From the NCBI GenBank assembly GCA_022768685.1, contig JALEPQ010000057.1, positions 1 through 52,562 of the forward strand: a DNA stretch of 52,562 nt, read 5' to 3'. The stretch is from Spirochaetia bacterium. Its GTDB lineage: Bacteria; Spirochaetota; Spirochaetia; Treponematales; Treponemataceae. This document shows, piece after piece, positions 1-8,995 of the stretch (positions within the stretch are counted from its first letter, which is position 1; every line of letters begins with the position of its first letter). The position numbers and the translations under genes are program-made. The notes under the pieces are model-generated. The model made no database searches, was not told the origin of the DNA, and worked only from the letters and a program-made list of their open reading frames with translations.

Positions 1-102
1 GTGATTCAAAACCGCGCAATAATGCGCTACACGCTTTTTGTGGTATAGAAACTATTGAACTGCCGCTTCGCAGCAGCCACAAAAAGAGTGTTTTTGAACC
101 AC
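1..102. repeat. Multi-branched palindromic intergenic element (REP/MITE-like), possibly truncated by the window start
   Basis: Nested inverted repeats 1-11/92-102 and 30-43/77-90 (13/14 match). Internal hairpins at 14-27 and 45-55, plus a GCTTCGC mini-hairpin. Confidence 0.55.
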
Positions 103-198
103 GCCCCGCTCCTTCGCACCAACATTACGGAAAAGCATTTATAATACGTTTGCCCTACAAGGCTACCTTTTTGAAAAACAACTGCAGTAAAGTTATGT

Positions 199-1062
199 TT
201 ATTTATACACTACAGAATACTTAGTTACATTTCTTACAGTTTCACCGTCAATCTGTAATGCCTGAGGTTTATCAAATTCTACAGTAACTTCATGACCTTC
301 CATAATCTCTATCATTTTTTTGTGTTTTATATGTTCACCTTTAAAAATTGATGGAAAGGCAATTAAAGTGCTAAGCTTTCCACTGCCATGCCATACCACA
401 CAGGAAACTTTTTTTTCTTCATTTAATCTGTTCTGTGCAGGGGCAACTTTCATTCCACCGCCGTAATATTTTCCTATCATTGTTGGAGCCAGCCAGATTT
501 TTTTATAAGATTTTGTAACCCCATCAACAGTAACTTTTCCGTTGGAAGGCTTAAATTTTCCAAGAAGTCCCTTAATTGCAATTGCAGTATAATTTATGAC
601 CTCTTCAGAAGATGCTTTGGCACGCATGTCATCTCCTGCTTCACAGCAGTATCCATCAATACCAAACCCAATACCATTTATAAAATATTTTTTCTGATCG
701 TTTACTGTTACCACAGGAAGTGATTTTAAATATTCATTTAGTGGAATAAGCTTTTCAAGAAATTTTGTATCATTTTCCACATCATGAGCAAAATCATTTC
801 CACTTCCACTGGCATAATAATAAACTTTGTTCTTAAGATTCTCACAAACAATATCATTAATAAAGCAATTTAAAGTACCGTCACCACCACAAAGAACAAT
901 TTCATCTTCTGCAGTTACCTTTGTAAAAAAATCTGAATATGAAGAAAATTGTGTAACATCTTCCAGACTTACATCTTTTTCTCCAAGAATAGCCTGAACT
1001 TCGCAAGCAGCTTTTAATCCAGTTTTATTATTGGAAAGAGGATTAAACAATACGTAATACAT
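199..1062 (-). CDS. Diacylglycerol/lipid kinase family protein (YegS/BmrU-like)
   Basis: Motifs FNPLS, GGDGTLN, GSGNDFA and QIDGE. Confidence 0.9.
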   Translation of the reverse strand: MYYVLFNPLSNNKTGLKAACEVQAILGEKDVSLEDVTQFSSYSDFFTKVTAEDEIVLCGGDGTLNCFINDIVCENLKNKVYYYASGSGNDFAHDVENDTKFLEKLIPLNEYLKSLPVVTVNDQKKYFINGIGFGIDGYCCEAGDDMRAKASSEEVINYTAIAIKGLLGKFKPSNGKVTVDGVTKSYKKIWLAPTMIGKYYGGGMKVAPAQNRLNEEKKVSCVVWHGSGKLSTLIAFPSIFKGEHIKHKKMIEIMEGHEVTVEFDKPQALQIDGETVRNVTKYSVVYK

Positions 1063-1826
1063 TAATTTGCCTCCAGTTTAGCATTTATTAAATTTCTGAC
1101 TCTATCAGAAATTTCAATTGTATTCATAGTCTTAATCTGTTCTGGTGAAATTACTTCAACAATTGAACAATAAACATCTGTTTTTTTCCATGGAAAATTC
1201 TTGTGTATATTTTCTGTACCTTTTATGGCACAAACGACTATAGGATGACCTGATTTTTCTGCAATCTTAAAACAGCCAGGCTTAAAAGGTAATAGAGTAC
1301 AATCTTTACTGCGTGTTCCTTCCGGAAAAATACCAATAGAAAAATAATCATCCTTAAGGTAATTTACTGCCTTTATAATTGTTTTTGCACTTTCCCTCAC
1401 ATTGTTACGTTCAATTGGTAAAAACATATTTCGCCAGATATATTTTCTGGCCAGAGGAATTTTAAAGTTTTCAGGTTTTGAAACAAAAGCAATATGTTCT
1501 TTTTTAAGAACAACACCTTGAACAATATTATCAAAATTAGAACGATGATTAGACACAAACATAAAATGTGTATTTTCAGGCAGCTTTTCCAATCCATCCG
1601 CATGAATATGAACTTTACACTGGAGGCAGATTGTTTTTATAGCAAGAATATAATTTTTATACCAGAATCGTGAAGGCTTTTTATATTCCTTTTTCATGCT
1701 TACAAATAAAGATGCTGCTAACAAATATATCCAGATTAATGCAAAATACATAACAATTGCACAAATAAACAAACAAATTATTAATAATGCATAAAGTAAA
1801 ATATTTAATATCATTTTTTCTGCCAA
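1062..1826 (-). CDS. plsC: 1-acyl-sn-glycerol-3-phosphate acyltransferase
   Basis: NHxSxxD (NHRSNFD) and FPEGTRS motifs, an N-terminal TM helix, and a 1-nt overlap with the kinase gene. Confidence 0.88.
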   Translation of the reverse strand: MAEKMILNILLYALLIICLFICAIVMYFALIWIYLLAASLFVSMKKEYKKPSRFWYKNYILAIKTICLQCKVHIHADGLEKLPENTHFMFVSNHRSNFDNIVQGVVLKKEHIAFVSKPENFKIPLARKYIWRNMFLPIERNNVRESAKTIIKAVNYLKDDYFSIGIFPEGTRSKDCTLLPFKPGCFKIAEKSGHPIVVCAIKGTENIHKNFPWKKTDVYCSIVEVISPEQIKTMNTIEISDRVRNLINAKLEAN

Positions 1827-2008
1827 TTTAGTGCTATTTTATTATATTATGATAAAATGAAAATAAACAGAAAAAAATTTCACGCTTTTTATGATTCACT
1901 TTCAAAAAAAAATTGAATTCATATACAATTATAAAAATTAATCTTCAATTTATTTTTATGGGAGGCGTGATAAAAATAACGTCCGTGTAATTTTTATGGG
2001 AGAACTCA

Positions 2009-3295
2009 ATGCAGAATGCTTTTTCAGAAGTAAAAATGAGTCCTGAAAATCCTAAGTGGAAACAGGCAAATAAACGAGAAATAGAACTATATAACAGAAA
2101 TAATGATATAAGATCAGAATATGAGCGGGATTACACCAGACTGCTGCATTCACCCGCTTATAGAAGATTAAAACACAAAACTCAGGTATTTTTTGCACCT
2201 CACAATGATCACATCTGTACAAGAATGGAACACGTTACCCATGTAGCATCTGTTGCCTCAACAATTGCAAAATATCTTGGACTAAATGATCAGCTTACCA
2301 GTGCTGTAGCTATAGGGCATGACATAGGACATGCTCCTTTTGGTCATCATGGAGAAAATTGTTTAAACAAACTGCTGGAACAAAAGGAAGGTCTCAATGC
2401 TCCTAAAAAATTCTGGCATGAACGGAACAGTCTTTTTTTTGCAGACTATATTGAAACTCTTCCAGATCCAAATGGAATTGAACAGCCTTTAAATCTTACT
2501 TATGGAGTAAGAGACGGATTAATCTGTCATTGTGGAGAAATAGATCAGCAGGGCATAAAACCAAGAGATGAAGATATTGATTTATACTCCATCAAAAGGC
2601 CAGGATTTGTTCAGCCTTACACCTGGGAAGGTTGTGTTGTTAAAATAGCTGATAAAATAGCCTATCTGGGAAGAGATATCGAAGATGCCAGAGCTTATCA
2701 TATTCTGGACATGACATCTTATCGCCAGCTCAGAGAAATAGTTGGAAGCACTTTAGGTTTTAATCATAAAGGAACTAATGGAATCAGAAGCGGAAAAGCC
2801 GTAAATACAACTGTCCTGATTAATGACCTAATTGTAGATTTATGTAAGCAGTCTAGTCCTGAAAAAGGATTGTGTTTTAGTGATGAGTATTTTAAATTTA
2901 TTCTGGAATTGAAAAAATTTAATTTTGCACACATATACAATCACTGGCGGCTTTCCGAATTTGCAATTTATGCTGAAAATATTATAGGAACTTTATTCCG
3001 CACATTACAAAAAACACATATATATGCAAAAAATGGAAGAATTTCACAAGTGCTAAAATATTACCCAAAACTCTGCTCTACTTTTGAAGACTGGCTTGTA
3101 AAATATACTGCATACAGACCTTATATTTCTGAAAAACATGATTTCATAAACAAAAAGGCTATCATGCACTATAACACTTCTGTAGTTTTTGATATCAATG
3201 ACAACGAATCTTTTACAAAGTGTATTATTGAGTATATTTCAGGAATGACAGATCAGTTTGCCATTCAAGTATACGAAGAAATCATTACGTTCTAA
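2009..3295 (+). CDS. dgt: HD-domain dNTP (dGTP) triphosphohydrolase
   Basis: Motifs RRLKHKTQVF, TRMEH, HDIGHAPFGH, ADKIAY..DIED and C-terminal YISGMTD. SD GGGAG upstream. Confidence 0.85.
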   Translation: MQNAFSEVKMSPENPKWKQANKREIELYNRNNDIRSEYERDYTRLLHSPAYRRLKHKTQVFFAPHNDHICTRMEHVTHVASVASTIAKYLGLNDQLTSAVAIGHDIGHAPFGHHGENCLNKLLEQKEGLNAPKKFWHERNSLFFADYIETLPDPNGIEQPLNLTYGVRDGLICHCGEIDQQGIKPRDEDIDLYSIKRPGFVQPYTWEGCVVKIADKIAYLGRDIEDARAYHILDMTSYRQLREIVGSTLGFNHKGTNGIRSGKAVNTTVLINDLIVDLCKQSSPEKGLCFSDEYFKFILELKKFNFAHIYNHWRLSEFAIYAENIIGTLFRTLQKTHIYAKNGRISQVLKYYPKLCSTFEDWLVKYTAYRPYISEKHDFINKKAIMHYNTSVVFDINDNESFTKCIIEYISGMTDQFAIQVYEEIITF

Positions 3296-5211
3296 TTCTG
3301 TTTTCTAAGCAGCTCAAGACATTTTTCAGGAGGTAAAGGACGACTATATAAATAACCTTGAATATAGTCTGCACCTGCCTTTTGAACAATCTCATTTTGA
3401 CTTTGAGTTTCAACACCTTCCACAAGAATATTCAAACCAGCATCCTTTAATGTTGAAACTAAATTATAGAAAAATCTGGTCTTCTGTTCATCTTCTTCCA
3501 TCATAAGAACTAAAGACCGGTCCATTTTGATTGTAGAAAAAGGAAGACTTATAACATTTGCAAGATTAGAATAACCAGTTCCAAAATCATCAAGATAGAA
3601 TTTTACACCAGCATTAGACAAATCTGTCATATTTTTTAGAACCATTTCATAATTATCAATAAAAATACTTTCAGTAATTTCCATAATAATATTTGAAGGT
3701 TTCAGATTAAACTTTTCAATTGTTGAAAGAACTGTTTTTACAATTGCAGGATTCATCATCTGATAAACAGAAAAATTTATAGAAACAGTATTTACTACAT
3801 CACGATTGTCGGCTATAAATTTACAGACTTTCTGAAATGCTACAAAACCAAGCTGTTCTATTAAACCAGACTTTTCTGCCACATCAACAAATTCCCCAGG
3901 AGAAACATTACCTAACTCAGTATTATTCAATCGTGATAGAGCTTCCATATATATGAATTTATTCTTACTTATAGAATAAATAGGCTGATACCAAACTTGA
4001 AAACTTTCTGATTCAAGATTCAATTCTCTTTTAAGAATATTATAAATTTTATGTTTTCTTTCCATATCAAGCAAAACAGATTCATTACAGAAAACTAATT
4101 CATGATTATCATCCATTTTGGCTTTGCTATGAAGATTATTAACTATTTCTTTTATATTATTGGAATGCTTTTCACCAGGTACATAATCAATTCCAAAATA
4201 ATATACATCAAAAGGAGGCATTTTTTCCTTATTCGCTTCATTCACTTTGCGTATATATTCTTTGATTGATTTATATGATTCAATTACCTGTTCTCGTGTA
4301 TATTCTATTGAAACAAAACGCTTTGAACTTACATTATAAGACGTATGAGGACTTAATTTTTTAAATTCTTTACCAAATTCCAGAATAAGCTGATTAAATT
4401 CTGCAACATCCATTGAAAGCTGAATATTTTCGTAATTATCAATAATCACATAAAAAAGAACTGCATTTTTCTTAAATTTTTCAAGATGTTTTGTAAATAC
4501 GTGATTAGTCATAAGATTTGAAACTGGATCAAATTCTTTTTTATCAGACTGTAATGAAATATATGCAATAAGTAATGCAGAAAGACTTGCAGAACCTGAA
4601 AGAAGTACATTCTTTAAAAGTAACTGGAATACCAGCAGAAAAAATGAAATAACTGGATATAACAGGAAAATAGCAAAAAGTCTGTTTGGCATGGATTTTT
4701 TATTAGCTATAATTACACATAATGTTTCTATGGCATAAAAACTGGTCAAAATATATGTAAGGTATTTTAAGCTCCCTTTCACATAACCAAGTTCACTGTC
4801 ATATTTGAAAATCCAACCTGTTTTTAAATTTAAAAAAACTATAATTAAAAATATTGTATAAACAGTTCCATTTATTCCAGAAAGAAAATATTTTTTGTTG
4901 CTATAGGGCATAGAAATATCAATGGCATAATCACATAAAACTAAGGGAATACCTAATAATGTAATAAAAAATACTGTGGAAATAAGAGTAGAAACACAAC
5001 CAGGAATATGCTGAAAATATGTAATGCAGTACACTGCTGCACAATTAAAAAATGTATTTATTACAGAACAAATTGCACCATTTAAAAATAAACGACATCT
5101 ACGTTCATGAGGAATGTAGTTTACAATCATATTTGCCAGCAAAATAAATGAAAAAAGACAGGCAAATACTTCAGCCAGAATATGGTATTCCAGATTAAAC
5201 AAATCAAACAT
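3292..5211 (-). CDS. Membrane-anchored EAL-domain c-di-GMP phosphodiesterase (N-terminal multi-TM region, degenerate GGDEF-like middle)
   Basis: About 7 hydrophobic helices, then EAL, EITE, DDFGTGYS, KMDRS, EGVE and QGY motifs. Confidence 0.88.
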   Translation of the reverse strand: MFDLFNLEYHILAEVFACLFSFILLANMIVNYIPHERRCRLFLNGAICSVINTFFNCAAVYCITYFQHIPGCVSTLISTVFFITLLGIPLVLCDYAIDISMPYSNKKYFLSGINGTVYTIFLIIVFLNLKTGWIFKYDSELGYVKGSLKYLTYILTSFYAIETLCVIIANKKSMPNRLFAIFLLYPVISFFLLVFQLLLKNVLLSGSASLSALLIAYISLQSDKKEFDPVSNLMTNHVFTKHLEKFKKNAVLFYVIIDNYENIQLSMDVAEFNQLILEFGKEFKKLSPHTSYNVSSKRFVSIEYTREQVIESYKSIKEYIRKVNEANKEKMPPFDVYYFGIDYVPGEKHSNNIKEIVNNLHSKAKMDDNHELVFCNESVLLDMERKHKIYNILKRELNLESESFQVWYQPIYSISKNKFIYMEALSRLNNTELGNVSPGEFVDVAEKSGLIEQLGFVAFQKVCKFIADNRDVVNTVSINFSVYQMMNPAIVKTVLSTIEKFNLKPSNIIMEITESIFIDNYEMVLKNMTDLSNAGVKFYLDDFGTGYSNLANVISLPFSTIKMDRSLVLMMEEDEQKTRFFYNLVSTLKDAGLNILVEGVETQSQNEIVQKAGADYIQGYLYSRPLPPEKCLELLRKQN

Positions 5212-5235
5212 AACTTTAATTATAACATGGAAAAT

Positions 5236-5263
5236 AAAAAAAGTAGGGTGTTTTTCACCCTAC
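5236..5263 (-). terminator. Intrinsic terminator of the argF-ACT transcript
   Basis: GTAGGGTG-N5-CACCCTAC hairpin (5243-5263) followed by a U-tract on the minus strand. Confidence 0.75.
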
Positions 5264-5264
5264 A

Positions 5265-5457
5265 GCTGCAAATGATTTTTATCTTCCTCGTAAGTTCATA
5301 TCTGCTATATCATTTGCATAAGTTTTCGGAGAAAACTTAATTATACTCTATGCATTGCTGCAAATGATTTTTATCTTCCTTTTATGTTCATATCTGCTAT
5401 ATCATTTGCATAAGTTTTCAAAGAAAACTTAATTATACCCTATGCATGGCTGTAAAT
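5265..5457. repeat. 92-bp tandem repeat (2 copies plus a partial) with two internal hairpins, duplicating the 3' end of the ACT gene
   Basis: Units start at 5265, 5357 and 5449. Each full unit has TGCAAATGAT...ATCATTTGCA and TAAGTTTTC-NNN-GAAAACTTA. Confidence 0.9.
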
Positions 5458-5705
5458 ACTTTTTCGGACATGATGTTGATTTCTACGCCCATTTCTTCGG
5501 CTTTTTTTGATAAATCTTTTCTTAAATTATCAATATCAACACTAGCTGAACTTAAATCTACCATCATCATCATTACGAAATTTCCTGACAAAATAGTCTG
5601 TGTAATATCAACAATATTTACTTTATGTTCACTTAAATAAGTTGAAACTTTGGCAATAATTCCAACTTTATCTGATCCTACTACAGTTATAATTGCATTA
5701 TTCAC
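5433..5705 (-). CDS. ACT-domain protein (UPF0237 family)
   Basis: AIITVVGSDKVGIIAKVS...NIVDITQTI...FTAMHRV pattern. SD GAGG upstream. Confidence 0.88.
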   Translation of the reverse strand: MNNAIITVVGSDKVGIIAKVSTYLSEHKVNIVDITQTILSGNFVMMMMVDLSSASVDIDNLRKDLSKKAEEMGVEINIMSEKVFTAMHRV

Positions 5706-5747
5706 TTTATATACCTCGTAAAAAAATATACACTAAAAACAAACTAA

Positions 5748-6740
5748 TTAAAAGTTATTTCCCAATGTAGCTGCAAGAACAGCCTTAATTGTGTGCATTC
5801 TATTTTCTGCTTCATCAAAAACAACTGACTGCTCACTTTCAAACACATCATCAGTTACTTCCATTGCTGTCAATCCAAATTTTTCATGAATTTCCTTACC
5901 AATTTTTGTGTTCAAATCATGGAAAGATGGCAGATCATGCATAAAAATTGCAGTTGGTTTTGCTTTTTTCAATACATCCATATTAATTTGATAAGGCTTC
6001 AAATCAGCAATACGTTCTGCCCATATTTCATCAGGTTCTCCCATTGAAACCCAAACATCTGTGTATAAAATATCAGCATCCTTTACAGCTTTATCAATAT
6101 CAGATTCAAGAGTAATTGAACCTCCACTAGCCTTGCACCATGGCTCACATTCCTTTACTAAGGCTTCATTTGGAAAATATTTAGCAGGAGCACACAAAAC
6201 AAGATCAAGTCCTAATTTTGAACATACAATACAAAGAGAATTTCCAATATTATAACGGGCATCACCAAAGTAAACTAATTTAAGTCCCTTTAATTTTTTG
6301 TAATGTTCACGGATTGTAAGCATATCTGCCAGCATCTGTGTGGGATGATATTCATTTGTAAGTCCATTCCATACAATTTTCTTGGAATATTTTGCCAAAT
6401 CCTCTACAAGAGCCTGTTCATATCCTCTATATTCTATACCATCAAACATACGTCCAAGAACTCTGGCAGTATCAGCAATGCTTTCTTTTTTTCCAATTTG
6501 AGAACCTTCAGCAAGATATGTTGTACAAATTCCCAAATCGTGAGCAGCAACTTCAAATGCGCAGCGAGTACGGGTACTAGTTTTTTCAAAAATCAAAGCA
6601 ATGTTTTTTCCGCGGTGGATATCTACTGGAATACCCATTCTCTTTTTTTCTTTTAAATCTGCGGCTAAATCAAGAAGATAAGTAATTTCTTCTGGAGTAA
6701 AGTCTTTTAATGTTAAAAAATTGCGTCCTGTTAAATCCAT
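5748..6740 (-). CDS. argF: Ornithine carbamoyltransferase
   Basis: Motifs STRT, HPTQ, DVWVSMG and EAENRMH. The usual HCLP motif reads HDLP. Confidence 0.92.
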   Translation of the reverse strand: MDLTGRNFLTLKDFTPEEITYLLDLAADLKEKKRMGIPVDIHRGKNIALIFEKTSTRTRCAFEVAAHDLGICTTYLAEGSQIGKKESIADTARVLGRMFDGIEYRGYEQALVEDLAKYSKKIVWNGLTNEYHPTQMLADMLTIREHYKKLKGLKLVYFGDARYNIGNSLCIVCSKLGLDLVLCAPAKYFPNEALVKECEPWCKASGGSITLESDIDKAVKDADILYTDVWVSMGEPDEIWAERIADLKPYQINMDVLKKAKPTAIFMHDLPSFHDLNTKIGKEIHEKFGLTAMEVTDDVFESEQSVVFDEAENRMHTIKAVLAATLGNNF

Positions 6741-6765
6741 AAAGTACCTCGCTTAATTCTAAGAA

Positions 6766-6840
6766 AGCATAAATATAACAAAAGATGTATATTTATGCAA
6801 TATAATGGATTTTTTTGTATAAAATACAAATATTTATGCA
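6766..6840 (-). promoter_or_regulatory. argF promoter overlapped by ARG-box-like operators
   Basis: Minus-strand TTGCAT(6795-6800)-17-TATATT(6772-6777). Palindromic core TGTATATTTATGCA at 6786-6799, with weaker copies at about 6766, 6806 and 6827. Confidence 0.65.
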
Positions 6841-6844
6841 AAAG

Positions 6845-8980
6845 TTATGCGTCAATTTCTGATGCAAGATTATTCACAATAAATTCCCTGCGTTCAGGAG
6901 TGTTTTTTCCCATATAAAATTCCAGAACTTCAGGAACATTCTTCAAAGTCTGAATTGTTACAGGTGTAAGATGAATTCCTACATCTTCAGATTCCCCCTC
7001 TTTGCGAGGACGAATGAACTGTCCGAACTCATTTCCACTGATTTCTCCTAAACCTTTAAAACGGGTAACTTCTACACCCTTACCAAGTTTTTTCATTTCC
7101 TTATCGCGGCTTTCTTCTGAATAGCAGTAAACGGTTTTTGTCTTATTTCTTACACGGAAAAGTGGAGTTTCAAGAATATAAACGTGACCTGTCAGAACCA
7201 GTTCTTCAAAAAACAAAAGAAGATATGTTAAAACAAGATTTCTGATATGAAATCCATCGTTATCGGCATCAGTTGCAATTACAATTTTTTCATAACGCAA
7301 ACCTTCAACATCTTTTTGCACACCTAAACTGAAAGTTAAATTTTTTAATTCTTCGTTTTCAAAAATAGCTGATTTTTTTCTTCCATACATATTTTCAGGT
7401 TTACCACGTAATGAAAATATTGCCTGATAAGAAACATCTCTTGCATTTACCATTGAACCAGTAGCAGAATCTCCTTCTGTAATAAAAATCATTGATTCAG
7501 CACCTTTTGGTCCATCCTGAAGGTGATATTTACAGTCCTTTAATTTTTTTATTTTCAACATAACTGACTTTTCAGCTTCACGAATCTGCTTTTCAGTTAC
7601 ACTGTTAATTTCATTGCGGGCCTTCTGATTTTTTATAATTTTTTCTTCAATGGCACCTGCAACAGGAGGATTATGTCTAAGCCAGTCATCTACAGCAGCC
7701 TGAACTTCCTTAATGATTGGAGCACGTATTTCTACGTTTCCCAGTTTGTTTTTAGTCTGAGAAGTAAACATTGGATTATCAAGTCCAACTTTTAAAGCAA
7801 CAAATAAACCGCTTGTAACGTCCTTTATGTCATATTCCTTTTTAAAGAACTCATTAACTCCTTTTGTAAAACCATCAAGAAATGCAGTAACGTGAGTACC
7901 ACCATCATCTGTACTCTGTCCATTTACAAAGGAATATACAAATTTATCCAGAGTGGCACCATGAGTAAGTACAAACTGCAAATTTTCACCACTGTAATTG
8001 AAGAAAGGATACAAGGCTTTTTCTGCTCCGTTCATCTCATTCATCAAAAGATCCTGAATTCCATTTTCTGAAATATATTCTTTTCCGTTACATTTTAATA
8101 AAAGCCCCGGATTTAAATAGGCATAATTCCATAGACGTTTTTCCACATATTCCATATTGAATACATATTTTTTAAACAATTCTGCATCAGGAATAAATTC
8201 CAGATAAGTTCCGTTTGGAACGCCAGGTTTTGCAGCCCCTGTCTTTGATGAAATCTTCTCACCTTTTTTAAATTCCACTACAGCCATTTTACCATCACGT
8301 ATTGAAGCAGCACGGAAATATGAGGAAAGAGCATTTGTAGCTTTTATACCTACACCATTCATACCAATGGCCTGCTTAAAAACAGAATTATTGTATTTTG
8401 CACCAGTATTTACATTGCTTACACAGTCTTCCAGTTTTCCCAAAGGAATTCCCCGACCATAATCCCTGATTTTTACACAACCATCTTTTATTTCTATATC
8501 AATCTTTTTTCCGTAGCCTTGAGAAAATTCATCTACAGAGTTATCAATTCCTTCTTTTAAGAGGATATATATACCATCATTTTCATTAGAACCATCGCCC
8601 AAAGAACCAATGTACATACCAGGACGCAATCTGATATGTTCAAGCCCCTCAAGATGCTGAATTGAATCTTCATCATAAACCACTGGAGTTTCTGCAGTCT
8701 TTTTTGCAGCAGTCTTTTCCACAGATTTTACAGCAGATTTTACAATAGTTTCAGATCCAGTCCTGACAGAAGTTTCTACGGCCTTTTTAGCAGACACTTT
8801 TGCAGAAGTTTTTGTTTCGGCTTTTTCTGCAGTTTTAGTTGATGATTTTACAGTGCTTTTTGCTGCAGTTTTCACAGCACTTTCAGAAGCTGCTTTTTTT
8901 GCAGACGCAGTTTTAGTTGCAGCAGAAGCTGTCTTTTTTGAGGTTGTTGTTTTCTTTTCGTCTGTAGATTTTGTTGCCAT
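6845..8980 (-). CDS. parE: Type IIA topoisomerase B subunit (topoisomerase IV ParE-like) with a ~100-aa K/A/T/S-rich N-terminal extension
   Basis: Motifs RLRPGMYIG, EGIDNSVDE, GRGIP, GMNGVG, TEGDSA, LRGK, DADNDG and RFKGLGE. Confidence 0.85.
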   Translation of the reverse strand: MATKSTDEKKTTTSKKTASAATKTASAKKAASESAVKTAAKSTVKSSTKTAEKAETKTSAKVSAKKAVETSVRTGSETIVKSAVKSVEKTAAKKTAETPVVYDEDSIQHLEGLEHIRLRPGMYIGSLGDGSNENDGIYILLKEGIDNSVDEFSQGYGKKIDIEIKDGCVKIRDYGRGIPLGKLEDCVSNVNTGAKYNNSVFKQAIGMNGVGIKATNALSSYFRAASIRDGKMAVVEFKKGEKISSKTGAAKPGVPNGTYLEFIPDAELFKKYVFNMEYVEKRLWNYAYLNPGLLLKCNGKEYISENGIQDLLMNEMNGAEKALYPFFNYSGENLQFVLTHGATLDKFVYSFVNGQSTDDGGTHVTAFLDGFTKGVNEFFKKEYDIKDVTSGLFVALKVGLDNPMFTSQTKNKLGNVEIRAPIIKEVQAAVDDWLRHNPPVAGAIEEKIIKNQKARNEINSVTEKQIREAEKSVMLKIKKLKDCKYHLQDGPKGAESMIFITEGDSATGSMVNARDVSYQAIFSLRGKPENMYGRKKSAIFENEELKNLTFSLGVQKDVEGLRYEKIVIATDADNDGFHIRNLVLTYLLLFFEELVLTGHVYILETPLFRVRNKTKTVYCYSEESRDKEMKKLGKGVEVTRFKGLGEISGNEFGQFIRPRKEGESEDVGIHLTPVTIQTLKNVPEVLEFYMGKNTPERREFIVNNLASEIDA

Positions 8981-8995
8981 TACTTTATCCTTTAA

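Noticed and set aside
1954-2001. Direct repeat TTTTATGGGAG upstream of dgt as a leader peptide or riboswitch
   Set aside because: No properly spaced start codon and no recognisable aptamer.
2009-3295. dGTPase as an anti-phage defence gene
   Set aside because: It sits in a housekeeping context with no defence-island neighbours. Phylogeny would be needed to decide.
5265-5457. CRISPR array (also considered for 31265-31414)
   Set aside because: Only about two units, near-identical over their whole length. There are no unique spacers and no cas genes.
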